Assembly: GCA_964016885.1 (NCBI GenBank) | Contig: OZ024743.1 | Coordinates: 187,736,001-187,800,000, forward strand | DNA from: Eledone cirrhosa | Taxonomy: Eukaryota | Reading direction: 5' to 3' | DNA: 64,000 nt | Part shown: positions 1 to 11,592 of the stretch, one piece after another | How the letters are laid out: every line of letters begins with the position of its first letter | Position numbering within the stretch: the first letter of the stretch is position 1 | Made by a program: the position numbers and the translations under genes | Notes under the pieces: generated by a model | Told to the model about the DNA's origin: nothing | Seen by the model: the letters and a program-made list of their open reading frames with translations, nothing else | The model's database searches: none

Positions 1-335
1 CTATGCACTTTATCGAGTAACGTTACTCCGAAGACCCTTCGGAGGAATCCCATTTCTGCCACTTTTATTTGCAATTGTATTCTTTTGGTCATTACTCAAG
101 ATTCATGATCTTCGGTAAGAGTTGGCAGGAATACCAGCAAGGCAGCGAGTTTGGCTTTTACACCCCTGCCTCCTTCATCCGATTGCTGAATGCTGAGGCT
201 GGCGCATTACTGCATCAGGCTTTGCACTTTTTGCAATTCAACCTTCTGCATTCCATCACTCATGAACACAGCTCCAAGATACTTGAACTTCTCTAACTGC
301 TTCAGTGGAACTCCATTTACATATATATAAATTTG
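1..335 (-). mobile_element. RTE-clade LINE fragment (C-terminal part of RT), truncated at window edge
   Basis: Minus strand reads IYVNGVPLKQLEKFKYLG...AEMGFLRRVFGVTLLDKV; nucleotide similarity to 36540-36660. Confidence 0.7.
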
Positions 336-526
336 AGGGACTTCTGTCCACCCGTCCATCACGCAATGTGTATGCGTGTTTGTGTGAATGTATGTGTGTG
401 TAAAAGGAAGGAAAGGGATACACACATATATATGTCTAACTTAAAAACAGTGACACACACACACGTGTCTCTAATTTAAGAATGCCGACAAACTCACGCG
501 TGCACACATACACACACTGGCCTATA

Positions 527-977
527 CCACACAAGAGCTTTGGCCTGGGCAAACATCCCCTCAATTTTGGAACCGTCTGGGTTGTCCTGAATTGATGGGA
601 AAAGACTTGATGGTCTTACTCTGTGCTCCTGGTCAAGAGGCAGGTGCCTTACCTGGGACATCACAATTAGTGACTCTTTTGCTTCTTCCCACATCCTGGA
701 TGCAGCGGTAAGGGCGAGAGCTACAACATCTGCAGCTGAACGGATCAAAATCCTAAAATACCGTGTTCTGTCAGCTAACTACATTATCCAGCCTGTGGCG
801 TTCGAGACGTTTGGGGGAGTCGAGCTACTGACAGCAAGATTCTTATTTTCACTGGCGGCTCACCAAACAGAGGTAACTGGTGATGCTCGTGAAGGCACTT
901 GGTTGTTCCAGCACCTCAGTGTCGCCATCAGCCCAGGTAATGCTGCAAGCGTGCTGGCCTGCCTCAAAAATTATTAG
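527..977 (+). mobile_element. CRE-clade non-LTR retrotransposon 3' fragment (restriction-like endonuclease), pseudogenised
   Basis: Reads ILEPSGLS*IDGKRLDGLTLCSWSRGRCLTWDIT...AAERIKILKY...PVAFETFG...LFQHLSVAISPGNAASVL, matching the EPxGL-RPDG-WD-KxxKY-ETxG-QRGNA pattern of CRE-type RLE domains. Confidence 0.7.
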
Positions 978-1150
978 AGAGGTTTCCCAGTGCTCCTCGC
1001 TATATTGCTATCTTTTGCCCTGGTAGTGGCTCATTTTTTCACTCTTTCGTCTGCATTTTGTTCAATGTGGTCTATGATGTGTGTATTACCTGCTTGTGTA
1101 TTTTTTCTCTTTCTTTTTTTCCTTTCCCTTTTCTTTGCATATATTATATT

Positions 1151-1333
1151 GAATTGGCAGTATTGGTAGAGGGTCGGACACCATGCTTTCCAACATAGTC
1201 ACGTCCCTTTACGGTCTGAGTTCAAATCCCGTCAAGGTTAACTTTGCCTTTCATCCTTACGGAGTCGATAAAATAAAGTACTTGTAATGCACTGCGATAA
1301 TTGCTGGCCTTGTGCCAAAAGTAGAAATAATTA
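1151..1333 (+). mobile_element. tRNA-derived SINE (family A)
   Basis: A-box-like TGGCAGTATTGG, B-box GAGTTCAAATCCC, body gttaactttgcctttcatccttacgg.gtcgataaaataaagtac, (att) tail; many copies in window. Confidence 0.85.
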
Positions 1334-1340
1334 TTAAAAG

Positions 1341-1532
1341 GGTGGTGGATTGGCAGTATCGGTAGAGGGTTGGCTGCCATGCTTTGTAGTACAGAGTTAC
1401 GGCCCTTTAAGATCTGAGTTCAAATCCCACCGAGGTTAACTTTGCCTTTCATCCTTACGGGGGGTCGATAAAATAAAGTACCAGTAATACACTGGAATAA
1501 TTGCTGGCCTTGTGCCAAAAGTAGAAACAATT
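1341..1532 (+). mobile_element. tRNA-derived SINE (family A), tandem to previous copy
   Basis: Same A/B boxes and body as 1151-1333. Confidence 0.85.
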
Positions 1533-2078
1533 ATATTTGTTAATGTTTTTGTTCTGTAACCATTATATTAAATGAGTTTTTAAAAAAAGAGTTAATAAAT
1601 AGATGAAGAGTTAATGAATAAATAAAACGTTATACTTGTTTCACCCTCCTATTTCCAATTCACCGAACGCTACTATCATGACTGTATGTGTGTGTTTGTA
1701 TAAATGTATATGTGTGAATGTATATGTGTGAATGTATGTATGTTTGTGTGAAGGTATGTGTATTTGTGTGAATGTCCGTGAGCGTGTATTTTTATAAGTT
1801 TGTGTTTGCGTGATTATAGTTATATACTCATACATATAAATGTATGTATGTGCACACTCATGCGCGTCAGCGTGTAGAAAATCATAATCTCTCTATCTCT
1901 CTCATCATAATCTCTCTTTCTACATATATGGTAGTTGAAGTGGTGGTGGTGGTGACGGTATACCGGAAGTGTAGAAATGTGAATGAAACTTTGAAAAGAA
2001 GTCAATTTTAAATTATTTATGTTTACGAAATTTAGTACATAAATTATGTAATATTCATTCATTATTTATTCAAAATTA

Positions 2079-2225
2079 GGGCAGTGAATTGGCAGTATCG
2101 GTAGAGGGTTGGACATGCTTTCCAGCATAGTTACGTCCCTTTACGATCTGAGTTCAAATCCTGCCGAGGTTAACTTTGCCTTTCATTTATACAGAGGTCG
2201 ATAACATAAAGTACCAGTAATACAC
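2079..2225 (+). mobile_element. SINE family A lacking its tail, joined to a Tx1 3' end
   Basis: Head and body to gtaccagtaatacac, then directly into Tx1 ORF2-end sequence. Confidence 0.8.
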
Positions 2226-2662
2226 TTCGGTGATGCCCTGATTAACTTTTTCAAATTTCATTTGAAAAGGAAAATCAGGGTAGAGAGGTAAGTGCTCTCT
2301 TCCCAGCATTTTGTTGAAAGATGGGTGAGAAAAGCAAGTATGGCCCGAGTGAATGGGCCTACTCTGAGTATGTGTCTGTAAATTAAAGGTGGAAAACTGG
2401 GAGAGGGCACTTGCCCTGGTGGTCAGGGTCACTGTGGTCTTTTAATGGGCTTTCTCCACAAATGTTCCTCGGAAGTCTCCCCCCTATTGGGGAATTTTTC
2501 TTTGGTATTTTATTACATCCTCTGTTTTTTTTACACGCAGAAATGCCCATTTGTACCGTCTTGTATTGTCCTGTACTGTCCTTAATGTCTACTTTATGTA
2601 AACCCTTGCGGTTAATAAAGAAAACATTATTATTATTATTATTATTATTGTTATTATTATTA
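2226..2662 (+). mobile_element. Tx1-clade LINE 3' fragment with (ATT)n tail
   Basis: Aligns by eye with 8100-8592 and 50457-50756; AATAAA then (att)n. Confidence 0.85.
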
Positions 2663-2878
2663 TTTTTGTTGTTGTTGGTGGTGAAGCCACGCCTCTGATC
2701 GCCTCCAGTTTTTTTCAACGTTTTACCTCGGTTTCAACCGTTCTAAACCTTTTATTCAAGTTTTAAATTTGATAAAAGTTTAGAAGTGACCCACCTAATA
2801 CAGGGGTTCACTCGTAAATAATACGGCACCCCTTTACGGGGTGTCATATTTGTGTAAAAATATTTCTTGAAAAAAAAA

Positions 2879-4831
2879 ATGTCAACATGGATAAACACAA
2901 GAAAGAGAGGGAGCGCTGTCAGACAACACAGAGAGAGGGAGACTTTATCAGCATGTCAACAAGACAGCGTTCCAGCGGAGGTAAATATAAGCGAAAATAT
3001 TACGAAGGAAAAGAGGAACAATATCATTTTTAATGATATTGTTACAGATTTAAAATTACCAAATATTTCGAACACAAACAACAACAACAATAACACCAAC
3101 AACAACACCATCAATAACAACAGCAACAACAAAAATAATAGTAGGAACAGTATCAACAAAAACAACAATAATAACAACAGCAGTCACAATAACAGTAACA
3201 ACAGCAACAGTACCAACGAAAACAACAATAACATTGATACCTGTAACAGCGATCTCAGCACCACCAGTAAGACCAGTAGCGGCAGCAATAGTGGTGCTGA
3301 TGAAAAAGGGTCCACTTCTTTTGCAGGTGTCGCCCGAAATATCGAGACAATGTTAGTCACAGAGGAGGAGATGGCAGTCGCAAGGGCCATGGTGACAAGA
3401 AGCGCCAATAGAGTCTCCCTGAAACCTCCACCCGATTTTTTCAAGGACCAACAGCTACGGACGGTGACTTACCGCACCATAAGCAAAATCTCACATCGGG
3501 TGGCTCAAATCCAAAAGGCCTTGGGGTTCGTCTGGGCAGACAAAACCCGCATCACCCGAGGCAGAAAGTACGCCACAGTAGACGTACTTTTCGCCACACC
3601 CCAAGAAGCGAAGTCTCACTCTTCGGAAACCCTAAAGAGTGCGCTCCTACTGCAGGCAGAAAATTGTGAGGGTCAAAGTGACCCAGGTCCCACCTGATGT
3701 GCCCATACCTTGGCTGGCCGCGTCTGTCCTTGCTGGAATTGAGAACAGGACGACCATGATGCAAGTAGAAAAATAGGGAGAGGGAACTGGTCAGGTATAG
3801 GCATGCAAATGCTTATACAAACTGACCAGGAATGTATCGACGCTATCCCCGATATCATAGACATCTAGGAAGGACTCCAACTCCCTATAAGCATAGAAGG
3901 AAGACGGCCAAAATGTTATCTCTGTGGGTCTATGGGTCACCTCAGGGCCTTTTACCCGCAGAAGACAGCGAAGAAGAAGGCCCCTCTCCTTCCAATACCT
4001 GGTCCGCTGCTACCAAGTGCAGGGCAGGCAACAAATGCAGAAGCCCCTTCCATGGTGAGTAGGAAGGCAACATCTGTGGCACCTGTACCAAAGCCACGGA
4101 CAACTAAAGCAGCAGCATCAGTAGCGGCAACACCAATAGCTACATTTGAAGTAGCTGCACCAGCAACAAAATTGCCGGAGAAGGCTCTACTACCACCACC
4201 AACAGCCGTGGAGCACATACCCCTCCCAGACGCCACGGAATCCGACATGGAGTTTGAGGTGGGAGTGAAGTGGCAAACGGTCACAAAAAAGAAAAAAGAA
4301 AAAAACCATTAGCTCCACCCTCCAAAAGCGAAGGCACACAAAGAGGGGTAAAGGCAGCAAGGAAACTTGCAGCAACACCACCACCATCAGCATCATACCA
4401 TCACCATCACCACCACAAGCACCACCACCAACAACAACCACACCACCACCAGCATCACCAAAAAACACCAACAACGCAAACAAAACAAAACACACACACC
4501 AAACAGCAACAAGAAGAAAACAGCAACAAAATCACCCCTCTCCCCAAAAAGTACACAGCCATAAACATGGCAAAAAAAGAACTCATACAATATATGAAGC
4601 AGCACACAGATGTCACAGAAAAAAAACTACTACACCCCACCAACACCAAGAACTCTCCCGACAAACATAAGCATCATTGAAATCTCAATAAAACAAAAAT
4701 TCCCCAACGCAGTTGGGGACTTCAGGAAGTCACTTACCAAGAGGATATACACTGACATCCTCTTGGAAACACCCATGACCAGCCAAAGGGACGGTTCTAT
4801 TGTCCCTTCACCACACAATCAAGGTAAGTGA
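2879..4831 (+). pseudogene. Tx1 ORF1 (RNA-binding protein), frameshifted
   Basis: ATG at 2879; IEGRRPKCYLCGSMGHLRAFYP is a CX2CX4HX4C knuckle with the last C mutated to Y; poly-Asn and His/Gln tracts; split across ORFs 2867, 3932, 4270, 4610. Confidence 0.7.
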
Positions 4832-4861
4832 CCCTCTCGCTTTCCCCGTTTCTCATCCAAC

Positions 4862-7800
4862 ATGGCCGTATTCAGAATAGGCAGTATAAATGCATGTGGC
4901 CTGGGGTCATCTTGGAAGCAGGGTCACCTGCTCAACGACCCCAGGTCACTAAACATAGATGTGGTAGCCATCAATGAAACCAGAATCTCCGAAGCACAAG
5001 CCTTCACACCGATCTTCGGCGTCTACGATGTATACGCATCTCCCAGCCGTCCAGGAAAGGGATTGCCGTCCTTTTTCGAAGAGGCTTGGATCTCGCCATA
5101 CGGGCCATCTTCCTAGACCCAGAAGGTGGTGCTGGGCGTGACCGGCAGCGAAGGCAATGCTTTCAGGCTAGTAGTCGTCTACGCCCCAACAGGGCAAGAT
5201 GGCCAGATTTCTTCAGACGCCTAGAGACCTTTCTTGGAACGTCCCGCTCTTTAGTATTAGTGGGTGACTGGAACGGTATCTTGGATGCACGCTGGGATTG
5301 TGTGGGGCTAGTGGATAGGGGAGGAGGGTGCAAGAGCCTCACCAACCTGCTCAGACGTTTTGAACTGTCTGACAGGTATCGACTGGATGACCCGAATGTG
5401 CCAATGTGGTCATGGACAAACCGCATCAGGTCATCCAGATCGTATCTCGATAGGGTATTCTGCAGAGAACTAAATAAGGCTAGTATAAGTTGTCCGCAAT
5501 TTAAAATAGTCGACTACACAGACCACAAATTTGTGATCTGTGAGATCGACATAGACAGACTTCATAGACAAGGGCCCGGTTACTGGAAGCTGAACGCGGC
5601 TTTCCCAGCGCGCAAAGTCTACAGAGACCAGATTAGCGTATTAGTTAAGCGGGCATTGACGGGAGCGGTCGTCAACAACAGGGGGTAGTTCGCCCTGAAA
5701 AGGACAATTAAAGTAGAGTCGATTAGGTTTAGCAAAGGACTAGTGATAGAGGAAAATAGAGTAGAGGGAGAGCTAGTCAGAAAGTGAGAAGAGGTGTTTA
5801 GAACAGACAGGCATCGCAACCGACGTTTTGCAGCGAGATTGGCACTCAACCAATTCTTCAATGCAAAATACGAAAGCTGCATTGTCAGAGCTAGAGCGCG
5901 TGCTCTGAAACACGAGGGTACAAAATCCATCCAATGGGCGCAGGTGGCAGAGGCGCGACGTGGCAACAAAGCCACAATTCGGTCTTTGTCGGACCAAAAC
6001 GGGTGCGTGTTGCTCAAACCCAAGCAGATGTATGAAGCTTTTCAGCAGGACTTTGCTGAACTGTTCGGGAGCAGCGTCGGGCTGGAGCGGCGCATGGACT
6101 TCAGTGCATAACTCGACGAACTGCCTCGGCTCTCGACTACCACAGCACAGTGTTACAAAAAGCCAATAACAGCCGGTGAAATACGGGAAGCGATGGCTAA
6201 CTGCACGAGGGGTAAATCGCCAGGTTTGAATGGTCTACCCTACAAGCTTTATGCATTTATGCCAGACTTGTTCGGTGACCTCTTGGCAGACGTCTACTGC
6301 AGCTGGCAGCAGAATGGGAGCATTCCTAGTTTTGAGAGCTGGGGAGCGGTGACGCTGCTGGGAAAAGACCCAAACAAGTGGGATGTTATCAATAATTTCA
6401 TGCCCATAACCCTGCTAAACGCAGAGTTCAAGATTTTGGCGGAGGTGTTAGCAACGAGGTTGGCGCTTGTCGTCAAGGGTCTGGTGGGAAAGGTGCAGAC
6501 ATGCACCATTCCGGACAGATCCATACATTACAACCTCCACCTCCTGCGATACATCATAGAGAGGGTGGTTAAGGAACCTGGCACGGGTAGGGCCCTGATC
6601 AACTTGGATCAATCCAAAGCATTCGATAGGGTTGACCATCGGTACCTGGCGGCGGTCCTCGAGGCAGCCGGTTTCAGGCCCATTTTCAGGGGTTGAATCG
6701 CTGCGATGTACAGCGACATCTGCTCAGTTGTGAGGGTGTACGGTCACATGTCGCAGCCGTTCTGTATCATGCGCTCGGTGCCAGGCTTGTCTCCTCTCAT
6801 CCCTCTTGTACGTATTGGCTCTCGAGCCAATACTGCACAAACTGGGGGCGATGAGGGGCGTCCCACATGAACTAGCATGCGGGAAATCCGAGTTGGCTTG
6901 CGCCGATGACGTCACCGTGGTGGTGTCGAGCACCAGACACGTCCAGATACTCGGCACCGCTTTCAATGAATACGAAGCGGTGACAGGAGCAAAGATAAAC
7001 CAGGACAAGTCGGTGGGCTTGCAGCTCGGCACCTGGAGAGGCAAGTCCATGCCGTCCGACACTGTCGTGGAGCGTTGGTCGGACGGACCGGTTAAATTGC
7101 TCGGGGTCTGGTTCGGACCGGACCTCCAGATGGAGAAAAACTGGAACGACGTGACGAGCAAGGTGGGCTCCCTCACCCAGAAATGGGCCGAGAGGAAGCT
7201 GTCCCTGAAAGGCCGGTCGGAGGGGGCATCGCATCCGTCATCTGCTACCGCCTCAACATCGTCCCTTGTCCCGGCCCAACTCTCACCAAAATGGAGAGCC
7301 TCCTCTTCCGCTTTTTGTGGAAGGGACATGCTCCCATGGTCAGACGATCCATCTGCTGTCAACACCCGTTGCGTGGAGGACTGGGCATGCCATGGTTGAT
7401 GATGCAAAAACATGCGCTGAGGCTGCGACATCTCTGATGCTTCCTTGATAGTGAACAGGTGTGGTCGCCGTTTGCCAGGCATGTTTTCACACAGCTCGTC
7501 TCTTTGACGGAGCTGCAGTCCTGGGTCAGAAAAAGACCGAGGGATAGCGCTTGGAAACTGGAATGTCTCCAGGCGCTCACTGTCCTCTGCCAGCTGGGCA
7601 CCAGTATTGGTGGAACATCCACCTCGGCGTTCTATAGAGGACTAGTGGAGGGGAAGAGTGACAACGTTCTCAGAGAGATCCTGGGTGTCGATAAGATCAG
7701 CTGTTTGCTCTCTTCCGGAGAACTTTCAGCCCCGGGCCTATGGATAACTTCCAAAAATCTCTGGCCTGGCAGTGCTATTGGGGAGCGCTGCCTGTTCAAG

Positions 7801-8255
7801 CTAAGCTCTACAGGCACGGAAGTGCCATCAGCCGATCCTGTCCGAAAAGCACGCAGAGTGACGAAACCGTCGCACATGCACTCATTCAGTGCCCGAACAT
7901 TGCTGACTTGTGGGGCTATGTCGAACAGTTGCTGTCGCGTGTAGGACTGATCCAGTTATCGACTGAGTTCATTGTGCAGGTGGTCTCGCCGTCTTCCTTC
8001 GAGGAGGAAGGGCAGGCGGTTTTCATCTGCCTGGTGGCCATGGTGAAAGAGATTGCGTGGTGGACAAGGTTGAAAGGGTTAAAGACAGACACTTTCCTCT
8101 TCGGCGAATCCCTAATTAACTTTTTCAAGTTTCACTTGAAGAGGAAAATCAGGGTGGAGAAGCAAGTGCTGCCTTCTAGCAAGTTTGTTGAAAGGTGGGT
8201 GAATGTAGCGAGAATGGTCCGAGTGAACGGGACCGCTCTGAATATATGTCTGTAG
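4862..8255 (+). pseudogene. Tx1 ORF2 (APE endonuclease + reverse transcriptase), frameshifted
   Basis: SINACGL, INET, GDWN, LDR, TDH (APE); GPGYWKLN; GKSPGLNGLP, PITLLNAEFKIL, LDQSKAFDRVDH, CADD, LLGVWF (RT); ETVAHALIQC. Confidence 0.92.
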
Positions 8256-8545
8256 TTTGAGAAATGGAAAAATTGAGAGAGGCCGCTTGCCCTGGTGGTC
8301 AGGGTGGCCGTGGTCTTTTGTGCGGTTTTCGCCACAAGTAACCCTCGGAGGTTTCCCCCCTGTTGGGGAATTTTTCATTGTTTCAATTTTCATTTTATTG
8401 TTTATATATATATATATGTTTTATGTCTTTTTTCTTTTCTTATATAAATAATAAAAATATTTACATGCACAAAACCCACATCGTACCGTCCTGTTCCGTC
8501 TGTGATGTTTTTCTTGATGTCAGCCCTTGTGGTCAATAAAGAAAA

Positions 8546-8591
<46 letters not shown>

Positions 8592-8599
8592 TGATGTTG

Positions 8600-10830
8600 T
8601 TGTTGTTCAATCTATCAATACTTGTGTGCACATCACTCCATAAGTTTTGTTAATTTTCATGTGTTTACATAACATTTACTGTTATATTTTTGTCGCAAAC
8701 TCTCAATAGGGTGCTATACATTACCCTTTGAAAAGAGACCCCATAATATTTTGGTCCTTAGCCCAAATGTTTCAACCATATTTTATTTTTCATGCCTACT
8801 AGCATAAAAAACAATGGTGGAGATATACTTGTCTTTGAGTTAGCTATCAAGTGGCAGTAACTCAAAGGTCAACAGTAATGTCACCACTGTTACCATGACC
8901 ACCACTACATGCAACAAGACCACTGTCGCCAACAATATCAAAAACAACAGTAATAATGGCAACGAAAACAAAAACAACAACAATGAGAATAAAAACAACA
9001 GCAGCAGTAACAACTACAGCAACAACAAAAGTAGCAACAGCAATAGCAACAAAAATAGCAGCAGCAGCAACAATGGCAACGACAAGAACAGAGCAACAAT
9101 AACAACAGCAAAAATTACATGGGCATCTACACCAGCATAAACAATGAAACTATTCAATATAGACTTGAGTAAGAGGGATGAATGTTTGGTTCAGGCAGCG
9201 AAAATTGTAAAAGTTGAAAAACCTGAAGCATTAGTAGCAACAGAGAGAAACACTCTCATTTATTGGCATTAAATCCCAAAAGCCGAAGCTGTCCCCACCA
9301 TCCCAAATGGAGGCAGCTCGAAGGGTTTAATGCCAGTCGTTCATCATGTGGTGAAGGCCAAGCAGTTTGAGAGCATCCTTGTGTTCTTCAATAGCGAGGC
9401 CCTTGCAAAAAAGTACTCTATGTTCCCCTGTAAAGTGGCCAATATATTTTGTTTCCTTCTCACATGGAAAGAAGGACACTGAAAATATGCATTGCTGGGA
9501 TCCAACCAGCAATAGACATCAGGTGGATTTTAGCATGCATAGTGCTAGAACAAAGCAAAACTCTCCTCAGGGTAATGGGTACCAGATTAAGAACTGGTCT
9601 GGGACAAGTCTGGAGATACTTCTCCAGATCAAACCAGAAAAAAATTGAAAAGATCCCAGAGCTAATTTGCCTTCCAGGTGGTGTGGAGCTAAATGTCATA
9701 GTTGAAGGTAAAACGTTTTACTGTCATTTTTGCGAGAAAACAGGCATTTAAGAGCTTTTTGTACTTAACAGAAGACAGGGAAACACAAGGTCGCCTTGCT
9801 GGTAACACCAGAACCTCAACAGCAACAACAACAACAACAGTAACTGAATCACCAACACCACCACCAACAGCAACAACAAAACCAACAATTCCACCAATAT
9901 CAGCAACAGACTCCAACAAATTATCCAGGAGGTTTGTCAAAATATCTCTCCCTCCCCCTCTCTTTCTCTCTTTGTTTCCTCTAAACACATAGAGGACTAG
10001 TGGTGGGCAAGTGCAACAACATTCTCAGAGAGGCCGAGGGGACCAGTAAAATCAAACTGACCAGACTGTTCTCGAGAACTTTTGAACCAGAGATGATAGA
10101 CCAAATCCCTGAATTTGTAGTGCTATCAGGGGTCATTGAAGGTTTAAGCTAAACAGTACAGACACAGATGTGGGGTCAGACAGACCTGTGCAATATGTGT
10201 TCAGAACAACAAAAATATTCTGCACACACTCATCCAGTGTCTGTTCATTACTGAACTGCTGAGTTTTGTTGAACAGTTGCTATCTCATGTAAGACAGAAC
10301 TGCCTATCAACCAAATCCATCATGAAAATGGTCCCACGATTTTCTTTTGGCAGGGAAGGGCAGGCAGTTTTCTACTGCTTTGTAGCTGTGGTGAAAAAGA
10401 TTGTGTGGTGGACATGGTTGAAAGGACTAAAGACAGACACTTTCCTCTGAGGCCAAGCCCTCATCATCTTTTTCAAGTTTCACTTGGAAATTAAGGTGAG
10501 GTTGTAGAGGGAAGTGCTGCGCCCCAGTACTTTTGTTAAAAGGTGAGGGAATATAGCAATAATGGCCAATGTGAATATGCACCTGTAAGCTAGCTAGTTT
10601 GGAGAGGAGAAGAGTGCCCTCCTTGGTTGCACTTGGAGGGTTGGGTGGTTTAGAATTGGAGTCAGCCCTGGATATTATTGGAGAATTTTATTGTTATATA
10701 ATTTAATTTTATACATTTTTACTCATTTTGTTTTTTATAAGTCACCACTGTCCCTGATTTTTTTTGTATTATTTCCTATATGTCAGCCCTTGTGGTCAAT
10801 AAGGAAATTTTTCTTTTTCATATTATTGTT
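8600..10830 (+). mobile_element. Diverged Tx1-family element retaining ORF1 relic and 3' end, with EN/RT deleted
   Basis: Asn-rich tract, IPELICLPGGVELNVIVEGKTFYCHFCEKTG (ORF1-like), then a jump at ~9989 to sequence matching 7634 onward; tail gtcagcccttgtggtcaataa as at 8519. Confidence 0.75.
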
Positions 10831-11471
10831 GTTGTTTTTAATTTTGTTGTTATTCTCCCCTTGAAGCTTCACCCTAAATAATAGATGGATGATAATAAAA
10901 GATTAGAGAAAGGAATCATTCTGACACATACAGATCTACCCATAGATATATGAGTACTTAGCTAGAGAAAGTAATCATTAATCCTTGTTAAATATTGATT
11001 TTGTATATATTTTTTGTTAGCCACAATCATGTTTTTAATGTGTTTTTCATCGTTCTTTTTATTGTTTTGCTTTTTTTATAGCTTAGACCAATGTACGAAA
11101 GCAAACCAAGTAATATAATACATTGCCACAAATTGTTAGTTTTACTATTTGCTTTCTATTCACCCTACTTCAGCCTCCCCTACCACCCACTGCTACTTAG
11201 AATTAATACCTCCACCATTCATCTACACATTTTACCATTTTTCTATTGAAGAATATATCTCCTTTTGATTTAGTTTAAGTACTTTTTATTTATCTTATTG
11301 AATACAAATCACCATCGCCATCATCATATTAATACTACCCCCCCCCCCCCCATAACCCCTTCCACCACCACAGTCACCATCACCACCCCAAACAACAACA
11401 ATAGCAGAAACAAAAAGAACAATATCAAAATTACAGCCAGCACCAATTGAAGGAACTATATAAATACATGA

Positions 11472-11592
11472 GGTAGTGGGCTTCCTTTCCCGATTAGATT
11501 ACTTTGCTTTTATATATACTCTTGAGTGCTACTGGTAACATGTAACCCAGTACAACCTGTCACATGGTTGGGTCATCAGTGACTAAACCGGC
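11472..11592 (+). ncRNA. Degenerate HDV-like ribozyme candidate in an RTE-type 5' UTR
   Basis: P1 GGUAGUG/UGCUACU with first G-U, following GG, a P4 stem, GACUAA then ACCGG; P2/P3 disrupted. Related copy at 63130-63230 (-). Confidence 0.35.

Larger units (their letters stand above)
2676..8592 (+). mobile_element. Near full-length Tx1-clade (L1 superfamily) LINE, inactivated by stops and frameshifts
   Basis: 5' UTR, ORF1 with zinc knuckle, ORF2 with APE, RT and C-terminal Cys/His motif, 3' UTR, AATAAA, (ATT)n tail. Confidence 0.9.

Noticed and set aside
1151-1235. SINE heads as tRNA genes
   Set aside because: A/B boxes are present but there is no full cloverleaf, and each is followed by SINE body.
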